Shown here: positions 44,405 through 53,112 of the stretch, piece by piece
Numbering within the stretch: the first letter of the stretch is position 1
Layout: each line of letters begins with the position of its first letter
NCBI GenBank assembly: GCA_023551395.1
Contig: GCA_023551395.1_3945.1
Length of the DNA stretch: 64,000 bases
DNA from: a phage
Strand: one strand, 5' to 3'
Position numbers and translations under genes: made by a program
Notes under the pieces: model-generated
Seen by the model: the letters and a program-made list of their open reading frames with translations, nothing else
What the model was told of the DNA's origin: nothing
Databases searched by the model: none

Positions 44405-44814
44405 TAGCTATAAAAGAGAGGGGTTCATACCCTTCTTTGAAGAAAAAAGTTTAAATAAATTTCAGGAAGAGTGTTTGACAAAGATTGATAGGTTCTATAG
44501 AATGCTCTACATGAAATGTGATGGAGGCGTTGAGGTAGAAGAAAACTTCCATCACAGTATTATTACAGTCACTATTACTATACCTCAGCATAATATTGGT
44601 TGGCTGTTTATAATGAAAGAAAATGTGTTTGAATATCAAGTATATCGGAGAATATCATGAAACACTCTAAAGCATTTGAAAAAATTTTTGGGGATTCCTT
44701 AAAAGCCACTGCTGGAAAACCAGCAAAATACTATGAAGAAAAACGTGTAAGAACTGGAAAAACTGCACGTAAAGCAGCTTCTAAAGATAAGCACAACTTC
44801 CAGTAATTAGTATT

Positions 44815-44843
44815 TGACAATAGAGTATCAACAAACTAGAATT
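44815..44843 (+). promoter_or_regulatory. sigma70-like promoter (TTGACA, 17 bp, TAGAAT)
   Basis: -35 at 44815-44820 and -10 at 44838-44843; upstream of 44879 gene. Confidence 0.5.
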
Positions 44844-44878
44844 GGTACTCTTCATAAATTGAGATAGAGGTTTAAATA

Positions 44879-45736
44879 ATGTCTAAAGTTGTTAAAATGA
44901 AAGCTCCGGTAGAGAAGTACAACGGTACTGAACGCCAAACTCTGCGTTACCTGCTGAAAGATGTCTGGTTTTATTACCTGAACACTTCACCACGTCCGGG
45001 AAAAGGTAAGTCTATTGATAAGAAATTCCCAGGCAAAGACTGTAACTACAGCGTATCAATTCTGGCAGAAGACGGTAACAAACTGTTTAAAGAGTTTACT
45101 AAGTCTAAGAAGAACCCAGAAGGTTGGGATAAAGTTACTACTGAAGCAGTTGATGCAGATGACTTCGAAGAGAAGTTTGGTTGCAAACCACCATTTGAAG
45201 CAGACACTTACTACATCTTGAAAGTAAGTCGTGCAGCAGCTTATAAAGATGGTGCTGTGTGGACAGCTAAACAGTCATTCCCTGTAATGCTGATTGAAGA
45301 AGTAAATGGTAAGCGTGTAGCTGTTAAGCAGCCGATGAAGAAAATCAAAGCTCAAGCATCTGATAAACATGAAGATGACAAGAACTATGACGTAATTCAT
45401 CCAGATATCGCAGTTGGTAACGGTTCTTTTGGTAGTGTGATTCTTTCTACTCACTTCTACACTTTTGAGAACAATGTTCTGACAAAACCTATTCAGGAAC
45501 AGTTTATCATTGATACTCTTGTACCTTACACTGGTGGTAACGGTGCTAATGGTGAACCTGAACTGGATGAAGATGAACTGGCTATGCTTGGTCTTGATGG
45601 TGTTGAAGATAACGGTGAAATCACTGAAGAAGACGCAACAGACCATAAACCTTCGAATGATTCTGATGATGGTGATGATGAAGACTTGCCAGACCCAGAT
45701 GACGAAGAAGATGAAGACTTCGATACAGAAGATTAA
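44879..45736 (+). CDS. putative single-stranded DNA-binding protein with acidic C-terminal tail
   Basis: 285 aa ending DDGDDEDLPDPDDEEDEDFDTED, as in T7 gp2.5/T4 gp32-type SSBs; sits among replication genes. Confidence 0.45.
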   Translation: MSKVVKMKAPVEKYNGTERQTLRYLLKDVWFYYLNTSPRPGKGKSIDKKFPGKDCNYSVSILAEDGNKLFKEFTKSKKNPEGWDKVTTEAVDADDFEEKFGCKPPFEADTYYILKVSRAAAYKDGAVWTAKQSFPVMLIEEVNGKRVAVKQPMKKIKAQASDKHEDDKNYDVIHPDIAVGNGSFGSVILSTHFYTFENNVLTKPIQEQFIIDTLVPYTGGNGANGEPELDEDELAMLGLDGVEDNGEITEEDATDHKPSNDSDDGDDEDLPDPDDEEDEDFDTED

Positions 45737-45753
45737 TCTCTAAAAGTTACTTT

Positions 45754-45783
45754 AAAGCCCTGTACTTAGTATGGGGCTTTTTC
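45754..45783 (+). terminator. intrinsic terminator
   Basis: Stem AAAGCCC/GGGCTTT with 13-nt loop followed by TTTTT. Confidence 0.5.
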
Positions 45784-45798
45784 ATATGGAGAGCCATA

Positions 45799-46839
45799 AT
45801 GGAGAAGTACACATTAACAAAACTTCCCGATTCAGTTACACATGTTTTTATTGACTCTGACAGTATTGCCTATAAAGGTGCTTGTGTAGTTGAGAAAGCA
45901 AAATATAAATACATCAATAAACTCACAGCAGAAGAATCTGAGCCATTTGATAATGCGAAAGATGCTGCAAGATGGTTAGCAGACCAGAGAATCCTTGTGG
46001 AAGAGCTTGGCCTGACATTTGATGAAGATGAATGGGAAAGACAGACTTGGAAAGAAGCTAAGAGTGAAAAAGAAGCTATCATGGCTACTCAACAGGTGCT
46101 TCAGGAATGGCTTAAGATTGTTGGTAAAGAGAGAACTTGGGTAGGTTATTTAACAGAGAAAGGTGTACATAAACATAAAGACATTAAAGGTCTTGAGCAC
46201 CAATATCAAGGTAACCGTAAAGATGCTGTCACACCAACACACTTAGTTGCTTGTCGTGAGTATCTTCTGTCAAGACCAGAGTTCAAACTCTTAAAGGGTG
46301 GCTTCGAAGCCGATTCAATCGTAATTGCTAAAGCTGAAAAGATGGGTAAGAAAGCTGCTCTTATGAGTATTGACAAAGACCTTCGACAAGCTGAAGGAAC
46401 TTATTGTATTGATATGACCTATGAAAAATCACCACTAATTTTTATTGCTGATAATAATGTTGGTGATATCTGGGATTGTCCTATCAAATCAAAACCAAAA
46501 GCTTCAAAAACAGTTGGTGTAGGTTTTAAATTCTTGTGTTATCAGGCTGTTGCTGGAGATAATGCAGACAACTACTTTGGCCTTAAAGGTGCTGGTAAAG
46601 TAGCTGTGATGAATGCTTTAGACGGTAAAGAGACCTACAAAGAGTGTCTTGATGCTATCTATGAACTTTATGCTAAAAAAGACTCTTATACCTATGTGTC
46701 ATGGGATGGACAGACTGTTACAAAGACACCGTTAGAGTTAATGGAACAGCATTTCTGGATAGCATATCAAGAGAGAAATCCAAAAGACAATTTCTCTTTC
46801 AAGAAATATAATTGGGAGCCGTGTATGAATGAAGATTAA
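45799..46839 (+). CDS. putative 5'-3' exonuclease / flap endonuclease
   Basis: N-terminal VFIDSDSIAYKGA and later LMSIDKDLRQ resemble the acidic-cluster motifs of FEN/Pol I 5'-nuclease domains. Confidence 0.5.
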   Translation: MEKYTLTKLPDSVTHVFIDSDSIAYKGACVVEKAKYKYINKLTAEESEPFDNAKDAARWLADQRILVEELGLTFDEDEWERQTWKEAKSEKEAIMATQQVLQEWLKIVGKERTWVGYLTEKGVHKHKDIKGLEHQYQGNRKDAVTPTHLVACREYLLSRPEFKLLKGGFEADSIVIAKAEKMGKKAALMSIDKDLRQAEGTYCIDMTYEKSPLIFIADNNVGDIWDCPIKSKPKASKTVGVGFKFLCYQAVAGDNADNYFGLKGAGKVAVMNALDGKETYKECLDAIYELYAKKDSYTYVSWDGQTVTKTPLELMEQHFWIAYQERNPKDNFSFKKYNWEPCMNED

Positions 46840-47326
46840 AGGATTTGGCAATTGCCCCACCTATGGTCATTGGGTATCTTTATGTGGGGAAGTTGACCCC
46901 ACTAAACATTTTGGCTTTGTCTATTTAGTACACTGTAAGAAGACTGGACAATATTATATCGGAAAGAAACAGCTTAATAGTGTGACTAAAAGAAAAGTTG
47001 CTGGCAAGACTCGGAAGAAGGTAGTCACTAAGGAGAGTGATTGGATGACTTATGAGACTTCTTCTGAGTATATTAAAAAAGATATTGAGAGCTTTGGAAA
47101 AGAATTTTTTGACTTTTACATTATTCAGACCTACTACACAAAAGGTGGCCTAGTCTATGGTGAAGCAAACCTTCAACATAAATTCGATGTAATGACAAAA
47201 AGGATTGACTCGAAGCTCAGACTCTTCTACAATGCCAATATTGCAGCAATTAAGTTTATTACTAAAGAAACTTATGAAGATGCTGAAAAAAGAATCCATA
47301 AGGTAATGAAAGCAAATTGTGCTTGA
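46829..47326 (+). CDS. GIY-YIG-like domain protein (possible freestanding endonuclease)
   Basis: FGFVYLVHCKKTGQYYIGKK fits the GIY-x10-YIG pattern. Confidence 0.4.
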   Translation: MKIKGFGNCPTYGHWVSLCGEVDPTKHFGFVYLVHCKKTGQYYIGKKQLNSVTKRKVAGKTRKKVVTKESDWMTYETSSEYIKKDIESFGKEFFDFYIIQTYYTKGGLVYGEANLQHKFDVMTKRIDSKLRLFYNANIAAIKFITKETYEDAEKRIHKVMKANCA

Positions 47327-47347
47327 TAACTATTGAGAGAGAATAAA

Positions 47348-47596
47348 ATGTTTAACAAAAGCAAAGCTGTGAGTCATGTAGCAAAAGTTGACAGCAAGAT
47401 TGAAGAACTTGAGCGCATCCTTGCAAATGCTAGAGAGTCAATAATCAAAGAAGTTGAAGCTGTTGAATCTCAAATGCAGCACCTAATGCTTAAACGTCAA
47501 GAGCTACGTGAGCATCTAGAATATATTGAAACACGAGAGCTAAAAGTTAACAGATATTTTAAGGAGTCCGAATGTTTAACTCAAGAGAATCAGTAA
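47348..47596 (+). CDS. hypothetical small coiled-coil protein
   Basis: 82 aa from ATG 47348 (track start is TTG 47333); charged helical sequence. Confidence 0.3.
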   Translation: MFNKSKAVSHVAKVDSKIEELERILANARESIIKEVEAVESQMQHLMLKRQELREHLEYIETRELKVNRYFKESECLTQENQ

Positions 47597-48327
47597 AAAA
47601 CTGGAACCTTCGTTGTGGAAACACTCAAAAGCAACCTTACAGTAATGAGTATTGGGAATCTTTAAAATCTCAATCTCTGTGTATGCTTGAAGAAGCAAAA
47701 GAGCTTGTAAAAGCAATTGAAGAGAAAGACCCCATTGAGACACTGGATGCTCAGGCAGATTTACAATATGTTCTTGACGGTTTGATTTACCTGTCACAAC
47801 ATGACCATAACGGTGCTATGGAAGCTGTTTGCCATAATAATGACCTGAAGTACACAGATGACTATGAAGAAGCTTTAAAACGTCTTGCAGACATTGAAAA
47901 GCGTACTGGTCAAGAGTGTATTATTCGAATGTCAGTGGTTGATGGTAAAGAGTGGTATGCGATTGTCCGTGCAGCCGATGGGAAGATTATGAAGCAATCA
48001 AATCTCCCTAAAGTACAGCTTGGTGAATACATTGTAGAGCTTGAAAGCCAAGAACTTTTTGTGGTAGTATCTGAGACATGCGTTATCTGCAAAGGTATTG
48101 TAGGTAGCTTAAAGGATTTGGGTGTAGATGGTTTTGTAGAAGTTAATCCAATTACCTCTAAAGCAGATAAAGACTTCTGTAAAGAGAATGGACTATGGAT
48201 TGCAGATATTGTCTACTATGATGGTGAGCAGTTCCATGTAACCTCATACCCGAAACTGAATTATGATGCTAATAACCTGAAGTGCTGGTTAAAAGGGGTT
48301 GGTTATAATGGATTCACAGAACATTAA
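47572..48327 (+). CDS. MazG-like nucleotide pyrophosphohydrolase domain protein
   Basis: N-terminal region LCMLEEAKELVKAIEEKDPIETLDAQADLQYVLDG matches the MazG EExxE...D pattern. Confidence 0.45.
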   Translation: MFNSRESVKNWNLRCGNTQKQPYSNEYWESLKSQSLCMLEEAKELVKAIEEKDPIETLDAQADLQYVLDGLIYLSQHDHNGAMEAVCHNNDLKYTDDYEEALKRLADIEKRTGQECIIRMSVVDGKEWYAIVRAADGKIMKQSNLPKVQLGEYIVELESQELFVVVSETCVICKGIVGSLKDLGVDGFVEVNPITSKADKDFCKENGLWIADIVYYDGEQFHVTSYPKLNYDANNLKCWLKGVGYNGFTEH

Positions 48328-48631
48328 TAAAGAGGGTGTGGCTCAGAAGAGCCACTTCTCAAACTACAATATTTCTATGACGGTGTTTATGAATGACCCG
48401 TTACTTGAAAAGTATGGTGAGACTCCAGATACACTTCTGGATAATGAACAAGTTTTAAAAGCAGTCCTGTACAAATACGGGATTGACATTGAGAAAGAGT
48501 ATTCTTTTGAAATCTGCCAACACAGGAATACTTTTGGTAAAGTTGTGATGGCTCCACTTTTTATGGGTGTAGAAAGGACTGACTACGGTTGGTTATATCT
48601 AAAAAGAAACTTGGAGAAATACCGTGTTTAA
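48299..48631 (+). CDS. hypothetical protein
   Basis: 110-aa ORF. Confidence 0.35.
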   Translation: MVIMDSQNINKEGVAQKSHFSNYNISMTVFMNDPLLEKYGETPDTLLDNEQVLKAVLYKYGIDIEKEYSFEICQHRNTFGKVVMAPLFMGVERTDYGWLYLKRNLEKYRV

Positions 48632-48959
48632 AGCAAAGAAGTTAGATTACGATGCCATTATCTCTGGTGCTAAATTAGGTGTTGACAGTCTCGGACGGGA
48701 CGTTAAACACGGAGACACAGTTATGTACTGTGATGACCGAAGAGGAAGAAGTGCAATCTTGTTTGGAAAAGTTGTATGTAAAATACGCGGTAATTATGTT
48801 GTTTCAGATATGGATGGCAACGTCGCACAAAAGCTCAAAATAATCATGGATAGCAAGACTCCATCATGGCTCTTAAATTGTATGCACGCTTCGTCTATCA
48901 CAAAAGTAAGTGATAAGTTTTACGATATGTGGCAGAATGAGCAAATTTTCAAGATTTAA
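48624..48959 (+). CDS. hypothetical protein
   Basis: 111-aa ORF ending just before terminator. Confidence 0.35.
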   Translation: MFKAKKLDYDAIISGAKLGVDSLGRDVKHGDTVMYCDDRRGRSAILFGKVVCKIRGNYVVSDMDGNVAQKLKIIMDSKTPSWLLNCMHASSITKVSDKFYDMWQNEQIFKI

Positions 48960-48965
48960 ACTAGG

Positions 48966-48989
48966 GAGCCTCTTCGGAGGCTCTTTTCA
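48966..48989 (+). terminator. intrinsic terminator (TTCG tetraloop)
   Basis: Stem GGAGCCTC/GAGGCTC with TTCG loop followed by TTTTC. Confidence 0.65.
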
Positions 48990-49005
48990 TCTGTAGGATT
49001 CGAAA

Positions 49006-51240
49006 ATGATTAAGACAATTAAAAAATCAAATGGTACAGTAGTAAGCTTTGACCCAGAAAGACTGAATAAGTGGGCATCATGGGCAGATAAACGTGGAAT
49101 TATCTGGTCAGAAGTCACTATGGAAGCTATGAAACGTGTCTATGAGGGTTGCACTACAAAAGAGATGCACCAAGCCATGATTGATGTTTGTGTTGATAAA
49201 CAAACTCAAGAGTACTCAGATATGGCTGGACGACTGCTTTTGGGTATTATCTACAAAGAAGCCTTTGGAGGCTTTACTAAGGTTCCTACGCTGATTACCT
49301 TCGTTAAAAATATGGAGAGAGCAGGACTTTGGGAGAAGATGGATTATTCACAGGAAGAGCTTGAATACCTGCAAGGTTACATCGTGCACTCAAAAGATAT
49401 CTCTTACGGTTATGCAGTCTTGAAACAGTTCAGAGACAAGTATGGTATCCGTGATATTAAAACGGGGAGACTGTTTGAGTCACCACAATTTATGTTTATG
49501 GGTATGGCTATGAAAGCCTTTGAGAAGCAACCAAAGCACCGTAGGCTGCAAGATGTTATCAAGCTGTACACTTATCTATCTGACCTGAAGATTAACGCTC
49601 CTACGCCTTATTTAAATGGTTTAAGAGCAACTAAATCCGGTTATGCGTCATGCTGTTTGATTAAGGCAAATGATACTGCTGAGTCTCTCGGTATTGCTGC
49701 AAAGGTTGCTTATGATATGACCACAAAGCAAGCTGGTATTGGTATGCTGATGGAGACACGTACTATTGGTGATGGTATCCGTCAAAATACGATTGAGCAC
49801 ATGGGTAAACTACCTTATTACAAGCTTGTACGTTCATCTGTAGAGGCAAACAAACAGAAGAGCCGTGGTGGTTCAGCTAACAACTTCTACACTGCTCTAG
49901 ACCCACAGATTGAGGACTTACTGCGTTTGAAGCACCCTACAACGGTTCCTTCTAAACGTATTAATGAGATGGACTACTCATTCGGCACAAACGATTATTT
50001 CTGGCAGTGTGTTCAGTATGATACGGATTGGTTGCTATTCTCTTACAAAGATGCACCAAAACTCTATGACATGTTCTACACAGCATCTGCTGATGAGTTT
50101 GCTATGGCAGTTGGTCACGCAGTACATTCAGGAGTTAAGCACAGACGAGTAAAGGCTCGTGAAATTGCCAAGCTGTTTATTCAACAGCGTTATGCTACAG
50201 GTCGTGTGTATCCATTCTTCACTAACAATGCGAACACACATACACCATTTAAAGAACCATTGAAGATGTCAAATCTTTGTATGGAAATTGTGTTGCCAGT
50301 GTATGGTTTTGAGAAAGAGACAGACCTTTACAGAGACGATGCTGTGAAAGAGGATGGTGAGGTGGCTCTTTGCTTCCTAGCTAGTTTGGTTGCAGGGAGA
50401 ATTTCAGAAGATGAATACGCTGACGTTGCTTATTATGCTCTTGCAATGGTTGACTCCGTTATTGACCTTATGGATTATCCGTATCCGTCGATGCGTAACC
50501 ATGTTCAGAAGCGTCGTTCTGTTGGGATTGGCCTTACAAATGTGGCTCATTACCTTGCGAAGAACTACGTGAACTACTCTTCACGAGCAGGTAAAACGAA
50601 ACTTCATGAACTTGCAGAGATGCACTCTTACTATCTGCATGAAGCCTCGCTGAGACTTGCTAAAGAGCGTGGCGTTCCAGAATACATGAAGTTCACTAAG
50701 TATCCCGAAGGCTGGGTTCCTCCAAAGACAGCTAACAAGAAGATTGATGAAAAGCATGATGCAAAACTACGATATGATTGGGATGACTTAGCACAACGTA
50801 TCAAAGAAAATGGTGGAATCCGAAACTCTGTATTAGAAGCTTACATGCCTAATGAGAGTTCTTCACTGGCAACCAATACGACAAATGGCTTGTATCCAAT
50901 TCGTGACTTTATTTTAACTAAAAAGTCTGCAACTGGTAACGTACTGTTTATTGTTCCAGATTATGAAGAGTTGAAGTATGTATATGAAATTGCTTGGGGT
51001 ATTGACACCTTTGACCTGATTGATTGTTATGCAATTGTTCAAAAGTTCACTGGTCAAGCTATCTCTTCAGATTTCTATGTTGACTACGCAAAAGCTAAGA
51101 AGGTATCATTGGCTCAAGCTTTGAAGTACATGATTTATGCCAACTCGGTAGGTATGAAAACCATGTACTACCTTAACAGTCGCATTGGTGTAGGTAAATC
51201 TGCACTGCAAGATGCTTATTGCGAGGGTTGTGGTGTTTAG
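49006..51240 (+). CDS. nrdA: ribonucleotide reductase class I, large subunit
   Basis: 744 aa; ATP-cone-like N-terminus, active-site block NLCMEIVLP, C-terminal cysteine pair CEGCGV. Confidence 0.9.
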   Translation: MIKTIKKSNGTVVSFDPERLNKWASWADKRGIIWSEVTMEAMKRVYEGCTTKEMHQAMIDVCVDKQTQEYSDMAGRLLLGIIYKEAFGGFTKVPTLITFVKNMERAGLWEKMDYSQEELEYLQGYIVHSKDISYGYAVLKQFRDKYGIRDIKTGRLFESPQFMFMGMAMKAFEKQPKHRRLQDVIKLYTYLSDLKINAPTPYLNGLRATKSGYASCCLIKANDTAESLGIAAKVAYDMTTKQAGIGMLMETRTIGDGIRQNTIEHMGKLPYYKLVRSSVEANKQKSRGGSANNFYTALDPQIEDLLRLKHPTTVPSKRINEMDYSFGTNDYFWQCVQYDTDWLLFSYKDAPKLYDMFYTASADEFAMAVGHAVHSGVKHRRVKAREIAKLFIQQRYATGRVYPFFTNNANTHTPFKEPLKMSNLCMEIVLPVYGFEKETDLYRDDAVKEDGEVALCFLASLVAGRISEDEYADVAYYALAMVDSVIDLMDYPYPSMRNHVQKRRSVGIGLTNVAHYLAKNYVNYSSRAGKTKLHELAEMHSYYLHEASLRLAKERGVPEYMKFTKYPEGWVPPKTANKKIDEKHDAKLRYDWDDLAQRIKENGGIRNSVLEAYMPNESSSLATNTTNGLYPIRDFILTKKSATGNVLFIVPDYEELKYVYEIAWGIDTFDLIDCYAIVQKFTGQAISSDFYVDYAKAKKVSLAQALKYMIYANSVGMKTMYYLNSRIGVGKSALQDAYCEGCGV

Positions 51241-51295
51241 TTTTAACAATTATGAGGGTCGTAAAAGACCCTCTAAAAATAACTTTGGAGAGACC

Positions 51296-51553
51296 ATGAA
51301 AGATTTAATAGAAAAACATGAGCGACCAATATACTTGCTCTACAAACCCCGCAAAACATTGTACTATGTGAGCAGCACAGGTATCATGATAAAGCAGAAT
51401 GATGACTTATGGGTCACTGGAGCCTCTTATATCTCTACAGCAGATGGTAAAATTTACGCAAGACCTTATGAGATGTTTAACAAAGAAAATTGGGAAGTTT
51501 TAGACAGAAAACAAGCCTTAGAAATGATAAAGAAAGGAGAAATCACGCTATGA
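51296..51553 (+). CDS. hypothetical small protein between nrdA and nrdB
   Basis: 85 aa from ATG 51296 behind GGAG (track ORF 51212-51553 overlaps nrdA 3' end). Confidence 0.35.
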   Translation: MKDLIEKHERPIYLLYKPRKTLYYVSSTGIMIKQNDDLWVTGASYISTADGKIYARPYEMFNKENWEVLDRKQALEMIKKGEITL

Positions 51554-52623
51554 TTAACCAGCACCCAATCTTTTTAGGTGGTGAGAGAAAAACTTTTGAC
51601 TCACTTAATAAGCACTACCCAAAAATCTTTGAACTTTATAAACAACAAAAAGCACAAGACTGGTCAGAAGATGAGTTCCCTTTTGAACAATCACGTCTTG
51701 ATTTTGAGAGTGTTCCAGCATCAATGTCAGGTGTAATGCTTGAGATTCTTAAGTGGCAATGGGAAGCAGACACTCAAGTTGCTAAGAGCTTGGCATTTGC
51801 CTTTGCACCCTTTATCTCTGATGACATCTATGCAACTGCAATTATGAAGCAGTCTGAGATTGAAAACCTACATGCTCTTACTTACTCAGAGATTGTAAGA
51901 CAATGTATTAAAAACCCTGAAACAATCTTAGATGAGATTAACCAGAATGTTGCTGTGCAAGACCGATTAAAAACTGTGAATCGTGTTCTTGAAGAATTAC
52001 TGGATGAAGGTATAAACTATCGCCTGAGTTATGTGCGTGATTCGCTTCTGGACAAAGACCCTTTACACTTCCATAAAGTGATTCTAAAAGGTCTATTTGC
52101 AGTGACTGCACTGGAAGGTATATCTTTTATGGCATCCTTTGCATGTACTTTTGCACTTGATGCTCAAGATAAATTTCAGGGTATTGCTCAAGCTGTGCAG
52201 AAGATTATGCTTGATGAAATCCTTCACACTAAAATTGATATTGAAGTTTTAAAAGAAACTTTAAGAGATGATGAGTGGCAGAAAGCTTTTCAACAAATTC
52301 TTCCAGAGATTAAAGTAATCTTAGATGAAGTAGTTGAAAGTGAAGAGAAATGGTCGTATTATATCTTCTCCGAAGGACGTGCTGTAGTTGGCTTAAATAC
52401 AAAGCTTCTTCATGAGTGGGTTTACTATAATGCTGCCCCACTGTATGATATGTTTGGCATTCCCAGAGATTTTGTAGCTCCTAAAGAACCACCTTTGAAG
52501 TATATGATTAAGAAGATGGAAATTGATAAAGAGCAGAATGCTAATCAGGAGCAACAGAACGGTGCGTACCTGTTGAATACTATTGTAGATGATTTGAATA
52601 GTGGATTTTTAGAGGTTCCTTAA
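51550..52623 (+). CDS. nrdB: ribonucleotide reductase class I, small subunit
   Basis: Ferritin-like helical protein with Glu/His-rich blocks; start moved to ATG 51550 (MINQHPIF) behind AAAGGAGA. Confidence 0.8.
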   Translation: MINQHPIFLGGERKTFDSLNKHYPKIFELYKQQKAQDWSEDEFPFEQSRLDFESVPASMSGVMLEILKWQWEADTQVAKSLAFAFAPFISDDIYATAIMKQSEIENLHALTYSEIVRQCIKNPETILDEINQNVAVQDRLKTVNRVLEELLDEGINYRLSYVRDSLLDKDPLHFHKVILKGLFAVTALEGISFMASFACTFALDAQDKFQGIAQAVQKIMLDEILHTKIDIEVLKETLRDDEWQKAFQQILPEIKVILDEVVESEEKWSYYIFSEGRAVVGLNTKLLHEWVYYNAAPLYDMFGIPRDFVAPKEPPLKYMIKKMEIDKEQNANQEQQNGAYLLNTIVDDLNSGFLEVP

Positions 52624-52865
52624 TGACTTATGTGATTTACTCCAAAACTGGATGCCCTCAGTGTGAGACTGCAAAGAATTTTGCAAAAGCTCGTGGTATT
52701 GACCATGTTGTGAGAATGTTAGGGCAGGATTATGAACTGTCAGACCTGATGGATATTGCACAGATGCCAGTTCGTCAGATGCCGTTCATCATGAAAACTG
52801 ATGGACAAAACCTAAAACCTGTTGGAACGCTACAGAATTTTATGGCAGAGGTGAATAATGCTTAA
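52623..52865 (+). CDS. glutaredoxin/NrdH-like redoxin
   Basis: 80 aa with CPQC active-site motif near N-terminus; translationally coupled to nrdB. Confidence 0.6.
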   Translation: MTYVIYSKTGCPQCETAKNFAKARGIDHVVRMLGQDYELSDLMDIAQMPVRQMPFIMKTDGQNLKPVGTLQNFMAEVNNA

Positions 52866-53067
52866 ACGCCTTTGGGAAGGTTTGGTTGTTGATGCACCAG
52901 CTATTGTGATTGGTATGCTTATTGTTAACCTATTTACTGACTTTGAACAAGGTTCATTGTTTGGAGCCATGTTACTATGGGTTATCTTCGAAATATTAGA
53001 GATACAGCTAGGCATCACTGAAAAACTGAGAAAACTCGTTTCTAAGTTTTCTAAAAAGATTTAAAAT

Positions 53068-53090
53068 GAAAGGGTCTCTTCGGAGACCTT
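53068..53090 (+). terminator. intrinsic terminator (TTCG tetraloop)
   Basis: Stem GGTCTC/GAGACC with TTCG loop followed by TTTTT. Confidence 0.65.
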
Positions 53091-53112
53091 TTTAGCATGT
53101 AAAGGGGCAATA

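Noticed and set aside
44379-44660. ORF 44379-44660 overlapping the 3' end of the primase-helicase gene
   Set aside because: Starts inside the primase-helicase gene in another frame, has an odd composition and no ribosome-binding site; a short basic ORF nearby (about 44658-44807) is below my confidence threshold.
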